A stretch of DNA of 64,000 nt from Vibrionaceae bacterium (GCA_051650965.1 JBOFRL010000097.1:405-64404); one strand, 5' to 3'. Positions 32,336 to 44,284 are shown, numbered from the stretch's first letter. The notes: a model not told the origin generated them from the letters alone. Numbers and translations are program-made.

Positions 32336-33349
32336 ATGAAAGTATTAGTAACTGGCGGAATGGGCTACATCGGCAGCCACACGTGCTTGCAGATGATTGC
32401 CGCGGGCATTGAACCTATCATCATTGATAATTTGAGCAATGCAAAGCCTGAAGTATTGGCGCGCATTGAAGCGCTGTGCGGCAAAAAGCCGGCCTTTTAC
32501 CAAGGCGACATTCGCGATGAAGCGTTTTTGGATTCTGTTTTTGCACAAGAAAAAGAGTGCCGCGCGGTGATCCACTTTGCCGGCCTTAAAGCGGTTGGTG
32601 AGTCGGTAAGCAAACCGCTTGAATATTATGACAATAACGTCAACGGCTCGCTGGTGCTGGCGCGCTGCATGCAAAAAGCTGGCGTAAAAACGCTCATTTT
32701 TAGTTCATCAGCGACAGTGTACGGCGACCCAAAACAGGTGCCTATCACCGAAGAGTCGCCAACTGGCGGCACAACCAACCCTTACGGTACCAGCAAATTG
32801 ATGGTCGAGCAGTGTCTGACTGATCTGGTGACGGCCGACCCAAGCTGGAGCGTGACCTTGCTGCGCTACTTTAACCCTGTCGGCGCGCATCCGTCCGGCA
32901 CCATGGGGGAAGACCCAAAAGGGATCCCCAACAATTTAATGCCGTTTATCGCTCAAGTGGCGGTGGGGCGACGCAAAGAGCTTTCTGTGTACGGCGACGA
33001 CTACCCGACGCCTGACGGCACTGGCGTGCGCGATTATATCCACGTGATGGATCTTGCCGATGGCCATATCGCCGCCTTGCAAAAAATGAGCGATGTCAAA
33101 GGGTTACACGTATTTAACCTTGGCACGGGCAAAGGCAGCAGCGTGCTTGAGATGGTCAAAGCTTTCAGCGACGCATGTGGCAAGCCGGTTCCGTATCAGA
33201 TCTGCGCGCGCCGCAGCGGCGATATTGCGCAGTGCTGGGCAAGCACTGACAAAGCGCAGCGCGTTTTGGGCTGGAAAGCGCAGCGCACCATCAGCGAAAT
33301 GACGCAGGACACTTGGCGCTGGCAATCAAAGAACCCAGAAGGTTACTGA
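32336..33349 (+). CDS. galE: UDP-glucose 4-epimerase
   Basis: VTGGMGYIGSHT, HFAGLKAVGES, FSSSATVYG, YGTSK, LRYFNPVG and RDYIHVMDLA. ATG at 32336 has an AAGGA RBS. Confidence 0.98.
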   Translation: MKVLVTGGMGYIGSHTCLQMIAAGIEPIIIDNLSNAKPEVLARIEALCGKKPAFYQGDIRDEAFLDSVFAQEKECRAVIHFAGLKAVGESVSKPLEYYDNNVNGSLVLARCMQKAGVKTLIFSSSATVYGDPKQVPITEESPTGGTTNPYGTSKLMVEQCLTDLVTADPSWSVTLLRYFNPVGAHPSGTMGEDPKGIPNNLMPFIAQVAVGRRKELSVYGDDYPTPDGTGVRDYIHVMDLADGHIAALQKMSDVKGLHVFNLGTGKGSSVLEMVKAFSDACGKPVPYQICARRSGDIAQCWASTDKAQRVLGWKAQRTISEMTQDTWRWQSKNPEGY

Positions 33350-33427
33350 AATAGTGTGTTTTGATTGCAACCCATTGCTTTACAAATCAATTTTTAAATT
33401 TTAATTATTAGTCATAAGAGACGACGC

Positions 33428-34501
33428 ATGCCACAGTTTGCATTTGATCCGACAGAACATCCGCACCGCCGCTATAACCCATTGACTGGGCAGTGGATTT
33501 TGGTTTCTCCGCACCGAGCCAAGCGTCCGTGGAGTGGCCAAGCCGAGCCTGCTGAAACGAAAAGCTTGCCAAGCTACGAAGCAGAATGCTTTTTGTGCCC
33601 GCGCAACACGCGTGTATCTGGTGATGTAAACCCTGATTATTCAGGTACTTATGTCTTTACCAACGATTTTGCCGCGCTCACGGTGGAAACGCCTGATGCG
33701 CCGCGCAGTGACAGCGCGCTGTTTAAAACGCAAGCCGCGCGTGGCTTAAGCCGTGTGATCTGTTTTTCGCCTGATCACAGCCAGACTTTGCCGCAGCTAA
33801 AGCTTGCGCAAATTCGCGGCGTGATCGACACCTGGAATGAACAAATTAATGAGCTCGGGCAGCAGTACCCTTGGGTTCAGGTGTTTGAAAATAAAGGCGA
33901 AATGATGGGCTGCTCGCAGCCGCATCCGCACGGGCAAATTTGGGCTAACAGTTTTTTGCCCAACGAAATTGAGCGCAAAGACAAAAATTTACTTGAGTAT
34001 TATCAAAAGCATGGCAGCAATTTGCTGGTCGACTACGCAGCCGCTGAGCTTAAAGATGGCAGCCGCATCGTGGTTGAAACGCCGCACTGGCTGGCCGTTG
34101 TTCCTTACTGGGCGGCGTGGCCGTTTGAAACTATGCTGCTGCCAAAACGCCATGTGCGCCGCATGGACGAGCTGACACAAGAGGAGCGCGACTGCCTCGC
34201 GGTGGCGCTTAAAAAGCTCACTAGCCGCTATGACAACCTTTTCCAGTGCGCCTTCCCGTATTCGATGGGCTGGCATTATGCGCCATTTTTTGCCGCGCAA
34301 GGAAGAGAGCACGCTGGCCGCAATATCGACCATTGGCAGCTGCACGCGCTCTTTTATCCGCCGCTACTGCGCAGCGCGACTATCCGCAAATTTATGGTTG
34401 GCTTTGAAATGCTGGCAGAAAGTCAGCGCGATCTCACCGCTGAGCAAGCCGCTGCAAGGCTGCGCGAAGTGAGTGATGTGCACTATAAAGAAGCCAAGTA
34501 A
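33428..34501 (+). CDS. galT: Galactose-1-phosphate uridylyltransferase
   Basis: [37 protein letters not shown] and [14 protein letters not shown]. Confidence 0.98.
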   Translation: MPQFAFDPTEHPHRRYNPLTGQWILVSPHRAKRPWSGQAEPAETKSLPSYEAECFLCPRNTRVSGDVNPDYSGTYVFTNDFAALTVETPDAPRSDSALFKTQAARGLSRVICFSPDHSQTLPQLKLAQIRGVIDTWNEQINELGQQYPWVQVFENKGEMMGCSQPHPHGQIWANSFLPNEIERKDKNLLEYYQKHGSNLLVDYAAAELKDGSRIVVETPHWLAVVPYWAAWPFETMLLPKRHVRRMDELTQEERDCLAVALKKLTSRYDNLFQCAFPYSMGWHYAPFFAAQGREHAGRNIDHWQLHALFYPPLLRSATIRKFMVGFEMLAESQRDLTAEQAAARLREVSDVHYKEAK

Positions 34502-34542
34502 CAGCTTATTTTTTTGATTTAATTAATTTTTTGGAAAAAGCC

Positions 34543-35709
34543 ATGACCCATTTAAGCCAAAGTGTAAAAACAGTATTTATTGAGCAGCTCGGTTACATGC
34601 CAAGCCACATTTTGCAAGCGCCAGGGCGCGTCAACTTGATCGGTGAACACACTGATTATAATGACGGTTTTGTTCTGCCTTGCGCGATTGATTACATGAC
34701 TGTGGTTGCAGCGGCGAAGCGCTCTGACAACGTGGTGCGCGTTGTTGCGGTTGATTACAACAATGCGCAAGATGAGTTTTCGCTTGATGAAAAAATCACT
34801 TTCGTTGCAGCGCAAGACAAAATGTGGGCCAACTACATTCGCGGCGTGGTGAGCGTGCTGCAGGCAAATGGCGCCCGTTTGAGCGGCGTTGATTTGGTGG
34901 TGAGCGGTAACGTGCCGCAGGGCGCGGGGCTTAGCTCGTCGGCGGCGCTTGAAGTTGTGATCGGTCAAACCTTTAACACCTTGTGCAACCTTGGTTTGTC
35001 GCAGGCGAAGATTGCATTGATCGGCCAGCAGGCGGAAAACGAGTTTGTCGGCTGCAACTGCGGCATTATGGATCAGATGATTTCGGCGGTAGCCAAAGAG
35101 AGCCACGCTATGCTGCTTGATTGCCGCTCGCTGGAAACCACGCTGGTGAGCATGCCGCAAAATATGGCGGTGATGATCATTAACTCCAACAAAAAGCGCG
35201 GCCTTGTCGACAGCGAATACAACACGCGCCGTCAGCAGTGCGAAACCGCGGCGAAAGCCTTTGGCGTCAAAGCGTTGCGCGATGTGACTTTGGCTGAGTT
35301 TACGCAAAAGCAAAACCTGCTTGATGCAACGGTCGCAAAGCGCGCGCGCCATGTGATCACCGAAAATGAGCGTACACTGGCTGCGGCAGACGCGCTGCGC
35401 GGCGGCGATCTGGCGGCAATGGGGCAGCTGATGGCGCAATCTCACGCGTCCATGCGCGATGATTTTGCTATCACCGTCAGTGAAATTGACACGTTGGTGG
35501 AGATAGTCAAATCCGTGATCGGCGAGCAAGGCGGCGTGCGCATGACGGGCGGCGGCTTTGGCGGCTGCGTGGTGGCGCTGATGCCACCTGCGCTGGTTGA
35601 GCCAGTGAAAGCGGCGATTGCGCAGCAATATCAGGCAAAGACCGGTCTAAAAGAGACCATCTACGTCTGCAAAGCGCAAAATGGCGCCGGTGTGTTGGAG
35701 CTCTTGTAA
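34543..35709 (+). CDS. galK: Galactokinase
   Basis: [36 protein letters not shown] and [12 protein letters not shown]. Confidence 0.98.
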   Translation: MTHLSQSVKTVFIEQLGYMPSHILQAPGRVNLIGEHTDYNDGFVLPCAIDYMTVVAAAKRSDNVVRVVAVDYNNAQDEFSLDEKITFVAAQDKMWANYIRGVVSVLQANGARLSGVDLVVSGNVPQGAGLSSSAALEVVIGQTFNTLCNLGLSQAKIALIGQQAENEFVGCNCGIMDQMISAVAKESHAMLLDCRSLETTLVSMPQNMAVMIINSNKKRGLVDSEYNTRRQQCETAAKAFGVKALRDVTLAEFTQKQNLLDATVAKRARHVITENERTLAAADALRGGDLAAMGQLMAQSHASMRDDFAITVSEIDTLVEIVKSVIGEQGGVRMTGGGFGGCVVALMPPALVEPVKAAIAQQYQAKTGLKETIYVCKAQNGAGVLELL

Positions 35710-36800
35710 TGCAGCAGTTTGCGCATTTTTCCCCGTTAGAGCAGGCGATGACGCAAACGCCTGCGCTGGACGGTTTGCCGGCAAAAATCATCCACTTGCA
35801 CAACGCAAGTGGCATGACGGTTTCGCTGATGGATATTGGCGCGACGTGGCTAAGCTGCAATTTACCGGCTTACGGCGCGCGGCGTGAGGTGCTGTTGCGC
35901 TCGCCTAACATGCTTGAACACCAACGCCAAGGCGCCTATTTTGGCGCCACGGTGGGGCGTGTTGCCAACCGTATCGCGCGCGCCAGTTTTGAGCTCAATG
36001 GGGGCCGCTTTGCGCTCAATGCGAACGAGGGCGAAAAGTGTCTGCACGGCGGAAAAGTCGGTTTTGATAAGCGCCGCTGGCACATTGAGTCGGCTTCAGC
36101 GCAGCGCGCAGTTTTTTCGCTCGCTTCAGTGGATGGCGATCAGGGCTTTCCTGGCAATTTGCAGGTGCGCGTCAGCTTTGAGCTCGACGACAATAACCAA
36201 GTCACGGTGCGCTATGAAGCGCACTGCGATGCCGATTGTCCGGTTAATCTGACCAACCACGCTTACTTTAATTTAAGCGGCGAAGCTTGCGCCAGCGATC
36301 CTCAAAGCAATGCACTTGCGCATCAGCTGCAAATTTGCGCAAGTCACTATTTGCCTGTGGACGCGCAGATGTTGCCGGTTGGCACCATGCAGCCGGTTGC
36401 GGGCAGCAGCTTTGACTTTACGTCGCGCCAGCGTATTGGCGCAAGAATTGCCGATCCGGCCGTGCAGCAATTTGCTCAAGGCTATGATCACAGCTTCGTG
36501 CTTGATGGCGATAAAACGGATGGCGAGCAGACGGCGCTGACGCTGCTCTGTCCTTTGCAGCAAGTGCGCCTTGAAATTGCCACCACAATGCCGGCGGTGC
36601 AGGTGTATAGCGGCAACTTTTTGTCTGGAAATAAAGGCTTGAGTTGTGAGTATGCGGATCACGCTGGCGTCGCGCTGGAGACGCAATTTTTCCCCAATGC
36701 GGTCAATGTGCCGGCTTGGAAGGCGCAAAGTGGATTGTTAAAAGCTGGACAAAAGTACGCTCATCACACCCGTTATCGCTTTTTTTTGGCAGCAACGTAG
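35709..36800 (+). CDS. galM: Galactose mutarotase (aldose 1-epimerase)
   Basis: YFGATVGRVANRI, LHGG, GDQGFPG, NLTNHAYFNL, YDHSF and QVYSGN...LETQ; shares base 35709 with the galK stop. Confidence 0.95.
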   Translation: MQQFAHFSPLEQAMTQTPALDGLPAKIIHLHNASGMTVSLMDIGATWLSCNLPAYGARREVLLRSPNMLEHQRQGAYFGATVGRVANRIARASFELNGGRFALNANEGEKCLHGGKVGFDKRRWHIESASAQRAVFSLASVDGDQGFPGNLQVRVSFELDDNNQVTVRYEAHCDADCPVNLTNHAYFNLSGEACASDPQSNALAHQLQICASHYLPVDAQMLPVGTMQPVAGSSFDFTSRQRIGARIADPAVQQFAQGYDHSFVLDGDKTDGEQTALTLLCPLQQVRLEIATTMPAVQVYSGNFLSGNKGLSCEYADHAGVALETQFFPNAVNVPAWKAQSGLLKAGQKYAHHTRYRFFLAAT

Positions 36801-36890
36801 CAGATCCGGTTTATGTTTTACATCATTAGTTTCGTGAAATAACATAATGAAATAGAATACAAGCCACGTTAAATAGAACGCATTTTTATT

Positions 36891-37340
36891 GTGGCAAAAA
36901 ATACTAAACAAGGCGCCCAGGAAACGGAAAGCCGAATTCACCAAGCAATAATCGATATTTTCATGACTCAAGGGTGGGAAGCTGTCACCTATGGAACTAT
37001 CGCGAAAATGTTAAAATTGAGTCGCAGTGGTGTGCAGCGAGTTGTCCCCACGAAATATGAGATGGTGAAAGTTTTTCAAGGTGAAATATTAAGCTATGTA
37101 TTAGCCAGTATTGACACAACGTCGTCTAAAACTATCGAAAGTTCGTGGCGCGCGGCGCTGCAAGATCGCAAATTTGCTAACTGCATTCGTTACTATGTGA
37201 TGTCAGCTTTTGGCGACACTTTAAGTAAACAGCAGGCACAAGCGCATCTTGAGCAGCTTTATCAGCAAATGGGTAGCGACCAAGTTAAACAGCTACTTGG
37301 AGAGAGTGTAGACTTTTTTATTCGCGATATAGCGGCGTAA
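36891..37340 (+). CDS. Short TetR-family transcriptional regulator (Vibrio-type)
   Basis: N-terminal HTH pattern (IIDIFMTQGWEAVTYGTIAKMLKLSRSGV); GTG start; 149 aa; followed by a terminator. Confidence 0.7.
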   Translation: MAKNTKQGAQETESRIHQAIIDIFMTQGWEAVTYGTIAKMLKLSRSGVQRVVPTKYEMVKVFQGEILSYVLASIDTTSSKTIESSWRAALQDRKFANCIRYYVMSAFGDTLSKQQAQAHLEQLYQQMGSDQVKQLLGESVDFFIRDIAA

Positions 37341-37368
37341 AAATTGTCCACCTTTTGTAGCAAAAAAT

Positions 37369-37394
37369 AAAAAAGCCTCGTTGAGGCTTTTTTT
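37369..37394. terminator. Bidirectional terminator TetR/OMP
   Basis: AAAAAAGCCTC-GTT-GAGGCTTTTTTT. Confidence 0.8.
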
Positions 37395-37413
37395 ATAGCG
37401 AAAGTGGCGAAAA

Positions 37414-37977
37414 TTAAAAGATAAAGCGAGTAGAGAAGATCACGTGATCGCCGTAAACGTCATTGATCCGCGCTTGCATTCCTATAGAAAAAAGCTCTGT
37501 CGCATGAAAACGTCCAGAAACGCCGCCTAGCACGCTATTTTTGTGGCGAAAGTTAATGTGGCCCACTTCTGCGCCAAGCTCAAATTGTGGCCCTAGCCAT
37601 TGACGCGCGCCAAGGATCACTTCTACGCCAAATTTGGTGTCACCGTTTAGATAGTCTGGCACGTCAACAACCGCGCGCATGCCGAACTCGCCGTAAATAT
37701 CGGCCCAGTCATTGACTGGCGTGTGAAAGCCAAATAAAAGATTGCCATCTACGTCAGATTCAAAGCGGCTGTCTGCGCGCAGGCGGATGTGTGCGTTGGG
37801 ATGAACAGAAAAACTTGCGCCTAATCCGTAAGTTACAGGGCTTGCGCCAATACGCGCTTCAAAATAGTCATAGCTAAAATTGCTAGAATTCAAAGACTTT
37901 TTATCGTCTTCCGCCACAGCGGCAAAAGAGAATAAACTGATGGTTGAGGCAACAAGTAATAATTTAGGCGTGTGCAT
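37414..37977 (-). CDS. Outer membrane beta-barrel protein (conserved Vibrio-type hypothetical)
   Basis: Sec signal peptide (…FSFAAVA|EDD), alternating amphipathic beta-strands and a C-terminal beta-signal ending in F (STRFIF). Confidence 0.8.
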   Translation of the reverse strand: MHTPKLLLVASTISLFSFAAVAEDDKKSLNSSNFSYDYFEARIGASPVTYGLGASFSVHPNAHIRLRADSRFESDVDGNLLFGFHTPVNDWADIYGEFGMRAVVDVPDYLNGDTKFGVEVILGARQWLGPQFELGAEVGHINFRHKNSVLGGVSGRFHATELFSIGMQARINDVYGDHVIFSTRFIF

Positions 37978-38170
37978 AGGATCACAGCTCAGTCAGGGAT
38001 AAGTTATTGTATTGTAGATAATTTAAAATCAACTCGGCACTGTTGTTTAATGAAAATTGCTGCATAACACGCATTATCGATTACTTGTTGACCATAATTG
38101 TTACGCAAGTAAAAACAGTGGTTGATTTCTATGCAAATATGGCGTCTTGTGAGTAAAAAAACGCCGCACA

Positions 38171-38881
38171 TTATGTCAGTGTGATGATCTGCGGCGCAAA
38201 TATAGCGCGCGGCAATGGCTCTTTTTGCAAAATTTGCACGCATTGCCAGTACTCTTGCCGCGTTAACTCACGCGCGCCAAGGCTGGCAAGGTGCGAAGTT
38301 AAAATCTGGCATTCAAACAGCTTACCGCCATTTTTTGCAAAGTGGTGTAAAAAGTACCACAGCGCCACTTTGGAGGCATTGGGCTTGAGCGAAAACATCG
38401 ACTCACCACAAAAAAGCGCGCCTACTGCCACGCCGTACATGCCGCCGATAAGCTCCCCGTCTTGCCACACCTCAACGCTATGCGCATGATTTTTATGGTG
38501 TAAATCAGTATAAGCCGCGCGCATCTCTTCGGTGATCCACACTTGCTCAGCGCCGCGGTGCAAAGCGCAGTGGCGTATGATCTGAGCAAAACAGTGATTG
38601 ATCGTAACGGTATAGTTTTGTTTTCGTTGAAATTTTTTTAAGCTGCGGCTGACATGAAATTGCTCAGGGATAAAAACCGCGCGCTGCGCCGGCGACCACC
38701 ACAGGTAAGGCGAGTTTGCATCAAACCAAGGGAAGATCGCTTGGCGGTAAGCGGCGAGCAGCCGCGCACAGCTAAGATCGCCGCCAAATGCAAGCAGCCC
38801 ATCGGGTGAGGTGCGCGCTAAGTTAAGCGGCGGAAATTGCTCAGGAAAAGCAGGATCAAGCTGTGGCAAGTAAAGGGTCAC
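38171..38881 (-). CDS. aat: Leucyl/phenylalanyl-tRNA--protein transferase
   Basis: GLLAFGGDLS..RLLAAYRQAIFPWF, WWSP..R, HAHSVEVW and GESMFS...NASKVA; GTG start overlaps cydC. Confidence 0.96.
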   Translation of the reverse strand: MTLYLPQLDPAFPEQFPPLNLARTSPDGLLAFGGDLSCARLLAAYRQAIFPWFDANSPYLWWSPAQRAVFIPEQFHVSRSLKKFQRKQNYTVTINHCFAQIIRHCALHRGAEQVWITEEMRAAYTDLHHKNHAHSVEVWQDGELIGGMYGVAVGALFCGESMFSLKPNASKVALWYFLHHFAKNGGKLFECQILTSHLASLGARELTRQEYWQCVQILQKEPLPRAIFAPQIITLT

Positions 38882-40626
38882 TTCTTTTCTCCATACACTT
38901 GATTGGCGTGATAAAAGCTCGCGTAGCGGCCGGCGTTTGCCATTAATGTGGCGTGACAGCCAAACTCAACGAGCTGGCCATTTTCGAGTACCAGCAAATT
39001 GTCCATCTGCTCAAGCAGCACCAAGCGGTGAGTGATGAGCAGCAGCGTTTTATTGTGTGCATGCTCAAGCAATAGCTGCAAAATGTGTTGCTCCGTCTCT
39101 TGATCGAGCCCCTCGGTTGGCTCATCGAGCAGCAAAAGCGGCGCGTCATACAAGATCGCGCGCGCAACGCCAATACGCCGCTGCTCTCCGCCCGAAAGCG
39201 GCCTTCCGCCATCACCAAGCCACTGCTCAAGGCCGTGCTTAGCAAGATGCGAAAGCCCAACCTTGTCAAGGATCGCGAGCAGCTCTTGCTCGCTCGCTGC
39301 AGGTTTGGCGAGACGCAAATTGTCTGCCAAGCTGCAATTTAAAATATCGACGCGCTGACTGACCACCGCTACCGCCGAGCGCAGCGCCCGCTCGCTGAAT
39401 GCGTCGATGGGCTTTTCATCGAGGTAAATTTGCCCGCAACTTGGCGCAAATGCGCGCGTGATAAGCTTTAGCAGTGTCGATTTGCCTGAGCCCGTTTTGC
39501 CAAGAACGGCTAGCTTTTGGCCTTTTTCTAGCGAGAAGCTGATGTTGGCTAGCGCCGGCTGCACCGCATTGAGGTAGCTAAAGCTGACGTTGTCAAAATG
39601 CAGCGCACAGGTTTGTGGCGCGGCTGGTGTTTCATTGGCCGCTTGCGCAAAGCTGACCGCAGGCACCGCGTGTAAAATTTCGGTCAAGCGTTCGGCTGAT
39701 TGTGTAGTCTGGCTTAAAAACTGAAACGCGCCCGCGAGCGGCAGCAGCAGTTCAAAACTTGCCATGGTCGCAAACACCACCATTGCCAATTTGGGATCGG
39801 CGATCTCACTGCCCACGCCATCTGCGCCAAACCACAGCATCGCGATAGTGCTAAAACCTGCGCAGGCGATCAGCAGGCCATTAGCAAATGCGCTGATCTG
39901 ACTCATTTTTTGTTGCGCGGCGAGCAGAGCTTGCTCGTGCTGCTCAATTTTACTGCGGTAATGCGCGCTGGCAGCGAAAAGCTCAAGCTCCGCATGGCCT
40001 TGCAGCCAGTCGAGCAGCGCAACGCGCAGCTGCGATTTGGTTTGCGTCAGCGTTTTACCGTACGGTTTGCCAAGGTAAAAGAAAATCACGGGCAGCGCCA
40101 ATAAGAACAGCAGCAAAATCGAGCCCAGCAGCATGCCAAGCTGCAGATCAAAGCAAGCGATAAACATGCTGCACAGGAGAATGGCGACAAATCCGGCCAC
40201 CAGCGGGCTGATCAGGCGCAGATAAAGGTGATCCATCGCATCGACGTCGGCGGTGATGCGGTTGAGCAGATCGGCGTCGCGGATATTGGCGATTTTGCCA
40301 GGAATGAGCGGCGCGAGTTTGTCAAAAAAGAGCTGGCGCAGCGAGGTGAGGAGCTTAAACGTCGCGTCATGGCTGACAACGCGCTCCGTCCACCGTCCGC
40401 CGGTGCGCATCAGCGACAATCCGCGCACGGCCGCGGCTGGCAGCATATAGTTAAAATAGGTGGCCGCGCTTAAGGCGGTGACCGCCGACGCCGACAAAAA
40501 CCAGCCAGACAACGTCAAAAGGCCAATGCTAGCCAAAAGCGTGAGCAGCGCGAGCAAAATGCCAAGGCCCAAAGGCGCGCAGTGCTTGCGGTAAAGCGCC
40601 CAAAAAGGTTGCAATGTCTTCATCAA
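38878..40626 (-). CDS. cydC: Cysteine/glutathione ABC exporter CydC
   Basis: ASIGLLTLSGWF, ERVVSHDATF, Walker A GKTGSGKST, LSGGEQRR and LLLDEPT. Confidence 0.96.
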   Translation of the reverse strand: MMKTLQPFWALYRKHCAPLGLGILLALLTLLASIGLLTLSGWFLSASAVTALSAATYFNYMLPAAAVRGLSLMRTGGRWTERVVSHDATFKLLTSLRQLFFDKLAPLIPGKIANIRDADLLNRITADVDAMDHLYLRLISPLVAGFVAILLCSMFIACFDLQLGMLLGSILLLFLLALPVIFFYLGKPYGKTLTQTKSQLRVALLDWLQGHAELELFAASAHYRSKIEQHEQALLAAQQKMSQISAFANGLLIACAGFSTIAMLWFGADGVGSEIADPKLAMVVFATMASFELLLPLAGAFQFLSQTTQSAERLTEILHAVPAVSFAQAANETPAAPQTCALHFDNVSFSYLNAVQPALANISFSLEKGQKLAVLGKTGSGKSTLLKLITRAFAPSCGQIYLDEKPIDAFSERALRSAVAVVSQRVDILNCSLADNLRLAKPAASEQELLAILDKVGLSHLAKHGLEQWLGDGGRPLSGGEQRRIGVARAILYDAPLLLLDEPTEGLDQETEQHILQLLLEHAHNKTLLLITHRLVLLEQMDNLLVLENGQLVEFGCHATLMANAGRYASFYHANQVYGEKK

Positions 40627-42359
40627 AAAACCTCAGCAGGCAGAACGTTGTTGACCAAAACGCCTTGATGCAGATGCAAAATTTGATCGTAGGTGACGCT
40701 TGGGTCGAGTTTGTGGGTAATGAGCAGCATGGTGCGCCCTTGTGTAGCATGCTGCAAGCTGTGATTGATCTGCTGCTCGCTGGCCGCGTCAAGGCTGCTG
40801 GTGGGCTCGTCAAGCAGCCAGCATTGCCCGTTTTGCAGCAGTGCGCGCGCCAGAGCGATGCGCTGCGCTTGTCCAACCGACAGGCCCGAGGCGCGATCGC
40901 CAATCACATAATCAAGTCCGCTAGGCAATTTATTAATAAATTCATCGACATGCGAAAACAATAAAATGGGCGCCAGCTGCTGATCGGCGATCATCGGCGC
41001 GCCAAGTAAAATGTTTTCCCGCACAGTGCCATGAAAAAGCTGCGGATTTTGCCCAACCCAGCTGATCTGCTTGCGCCACGAAGAGAGCTCGCATTGCTTA
41101 AGCTCTACGCCATTAACAGTGAGGCTGCCTTGATAGGGCAAAAAGCCAAGTAACGCATTGAAAAGGCTCGTTTTGCCGCTGCCGCTGTGACCGATGATCG
41201 CCACATGTTCGCCGGCGTTAATGGTGAAATTAAGCGGCCCGACCAGCGGCGTGCCATCAGGGCTTAGCACAACTAATTCACGCGCCTCTAGCGTGATAGC
41301 GCCTGGTGCGAGCGAAATTTGTTCTAGCTCTGCTGTCGGCAACCCATTATTTTTTTTAAGTAAATCATCCGCTTGATTGAAAAAATCCACAAGCGCGACG
41401 GCCGCGCCAAGTGCCTGCGCTTTGGCGTGGTAAAACGTGCCAAGCTCGCGCAGCGGCTGATAAAACTCCGGCGCCAAAAGCAGCAGCAGCAGGCCGGTAA
41501 ACAGCGTGATCGGCGCGCCGTAATGGCCAAAATTGAGCTCGCCTAAATAACTAAAGCCCAAATAAACCGCAGTGAGCGCGATGGAGAGCGAGGTAAAAAA
41601 TTCCAAAATCGCCGATGAGAGAAACGCAAGGCGCAGCACTTCCATGGTATGGACGCGAAATGCCTGCGAGGCCTTTTCAAGTTTTTGGCTTTGCGCGCTC
41701 ACTTGATCAAAAAGTCGAATAGTTTCCATCGCTTGCAGGCGGTTATAAAAAAAGGCCGACAAGCGTTGCAGCGCGCGTGCGTTACGCCGGTTGGCGTCGG
41801 CGGCGCCTTTGCCCACCAAGATCATAAACAGCGGCACAAGCGGCGCGGTCAGCACAAATATGAGTCCTACCGCCCAGTTAAGCGGGAAAACCACCAGCAA
41901 GATCAGCAGCGGCAGCAGTACGACGATGGCAAGCTGTGGCAGGTAGCGTGCAAAAAAATCGTGCAGCTGCTCAGCTTGTTCAAACAGCAAATTCGCCCAA
42001 CTTCCAGCAGGCTTTCCCTGAATGGTGGCGCTGCCAAGTTGCTGCAGCCTATCGAGCAGCTGTTTGCGGATCTGCTGTCGCACCGCCTCGGCCGCTTTAT
42101 ACGCGACGATCTCTTTAAAAGTGCTGCACAGCGCGCGCAGGCAAATTGCGCCCGCTAGCAATAAAAAGGCGGGAATAAGCTGCTGTTTGTCGGTCTGCTC
42201 AATGATCAGCGCATGCAAAATGTGCGCAAGTAGCCCCGCTTGTGCCAGCAAAAAAAGGCCGGCGGCAAACGCGAGCAGCACACTTAAAGCGAGCCATTTT
42301 TTCCCAAGTTTGCTTTGGCTGCGAAGCCATGCATTGAGCGCACGTTGTTGCTTCTCCAT
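40623..42359 (-). CDS. cydD: Cysteine/glutathione ABC exporter CydD
   Basis: TAPLVPLFMILVG, AFLSSAILEFF, APEFYQPLRELGTFYHAKAQA, Walker A GHSGSGKT and LSVGQAQR. Confidence 0.96.
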   Translation of the reverse strand: MEKQQRALNAWLRSQSKLGKKWLALSVLLAFAAGLFLLAQAGLLAHILHALIIEQTDKQQLIPAFLLLAGAICLRALCSTFKEIVAYKAAEAVRQQIRKQLLDRLQQLGSATIQGKPAGSWANLLFEQAEQLHDFFARYLPQLAIVVLLPLLILLVVFPLNWAVGLIFVLTAPLVPLFMILVGKGAADANRRNARALQRLSAFFYNRLQAMETIRLFDQVSAQSQKLEKASQAFRVHTMEVLRLAFLSSAILEFFTSLSIALTAVYLGFSYLGELNFGHYGAPITLFTGLLLLLLAPEFYQPLRELGTFYHAKAQALGAAVALVDFFNQADDLLKKNNGLPTAELEQISLAPGAITLEARELVVLSPDGTPLVGPLNFTINAGEHVAIIGHSGSGKTSLFNALLGFLPYQGSLTVNGVELKQCELSSWRKQISWVGQNPQLFHGTVRENILLGAPMIADQQLAPILLFSHVDEFINKLPSGLDYVIGDRASGLSVGQAQRIALARALLQNGQCWLLDEPTSSLDAASEQQINHSLQHATQGRTMLLITHKLDPSVTYDQILHLHQGVLVNNVLPAEVF

Positions 42360-42528
42360 CTGTGGCGTCCTGGATAGATGTAATTAAATGCTATGAAGGT
42401 AAAAATAGAGCTGCTGCAAAAACTTTTTTTGTCCTTGCCATAGAAAGCGTTTTCTATTCAACACGTTGTGATCAGGCGTGGCAAATTTTTTTAAACAAAA
42501 AGGGTAAGAAATTGCATGAAAAAAAGCA

Positions 42529-42552
42529 AAAAGCGGCCTTGATCGCCGCTTT
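42529..42552 (-). terminator. Putative terminator after trxB
   Basis: AAAGCGGC-CTTGATC-GCCGCTTT, with an A-tract on the left that reads as a U-tract on the minus strand. Confidence 0.55.
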
Positions 42553-42562
42553 GCAAAATTTT

Positions 42563-43789
<1,227 letters not shown>

Positions 43790-43795
43790 TCACTC

Positions 43796-44284
43796 ATGAC
43801 GCAGAGTAAACAAAAGCTGATGAAAGAGTTAGATAAAACTGACCGCAATATTTTGAATGAATTGCAAAAAGATGGCCGTTTGTCCAACGTTGAGCTGTCA
43901 AAACGGGTCGGACTTTCGCCAACGCCATGCCTTGAGCGCATGCGCCGTTTAGAGCGCCAAGGGTACATTTTAGGTTATACCGCGCAGCTCAACCCAAAGC
44001 TGCTCGATGCCTCTTTGCTGGTTTTTGTGGAAATCACTTTGCAAAGCGGTTTGCCTGGCGTTTTTGAGGAGTTTAATCAGGCAGTTAGCGAGCTTGATGC
44101 CATCCAAGAGTGTCATCTTGTTTCAGGCGATTTCGACTGCCTGTTAAAAGTGCGTGTTCCTGACATGTCAGGTTATCGAAAATTGTTGTCAGAGACGTTA
44201 TTGCGCCTTCCTGGCGTCAATGACACACGAACCTATGTGGTAATGGAAGAGGTCAAGCAGACCACGCATTTGATCCTGAAATAA
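43796..44284 (+). CDS. lrp: Leucine-responsive regulatory protein
   Basis: LDKTDRNILNELQKDGRLSNVELSKRVGLSPTPCLER and LPGVNDTRTYVVMEEVKQ; upstream of ftsK. Confidence 0.95.
   Translation: MTQSKQKLMKELDKTDRNILNELQKDGRLSNVELSKRVGLSPTPCLERMRRLERQGYILGYTAQLNPKLLDASLLVFVEITLQSGLPGVFEEFNQAVSELDAIQECHLVSGDFDCLLKVRVPDMSGYRKLLSETLLRLPGVNDTRTYVVMEEVKQTTHLILK

Noticed and set aside
34552-35628. 358-aa antisense ORF opposite galK
   Set aside because: Shadow ORF of a conserved, GC-rich gene; no motifs, RBS or sensible composition.
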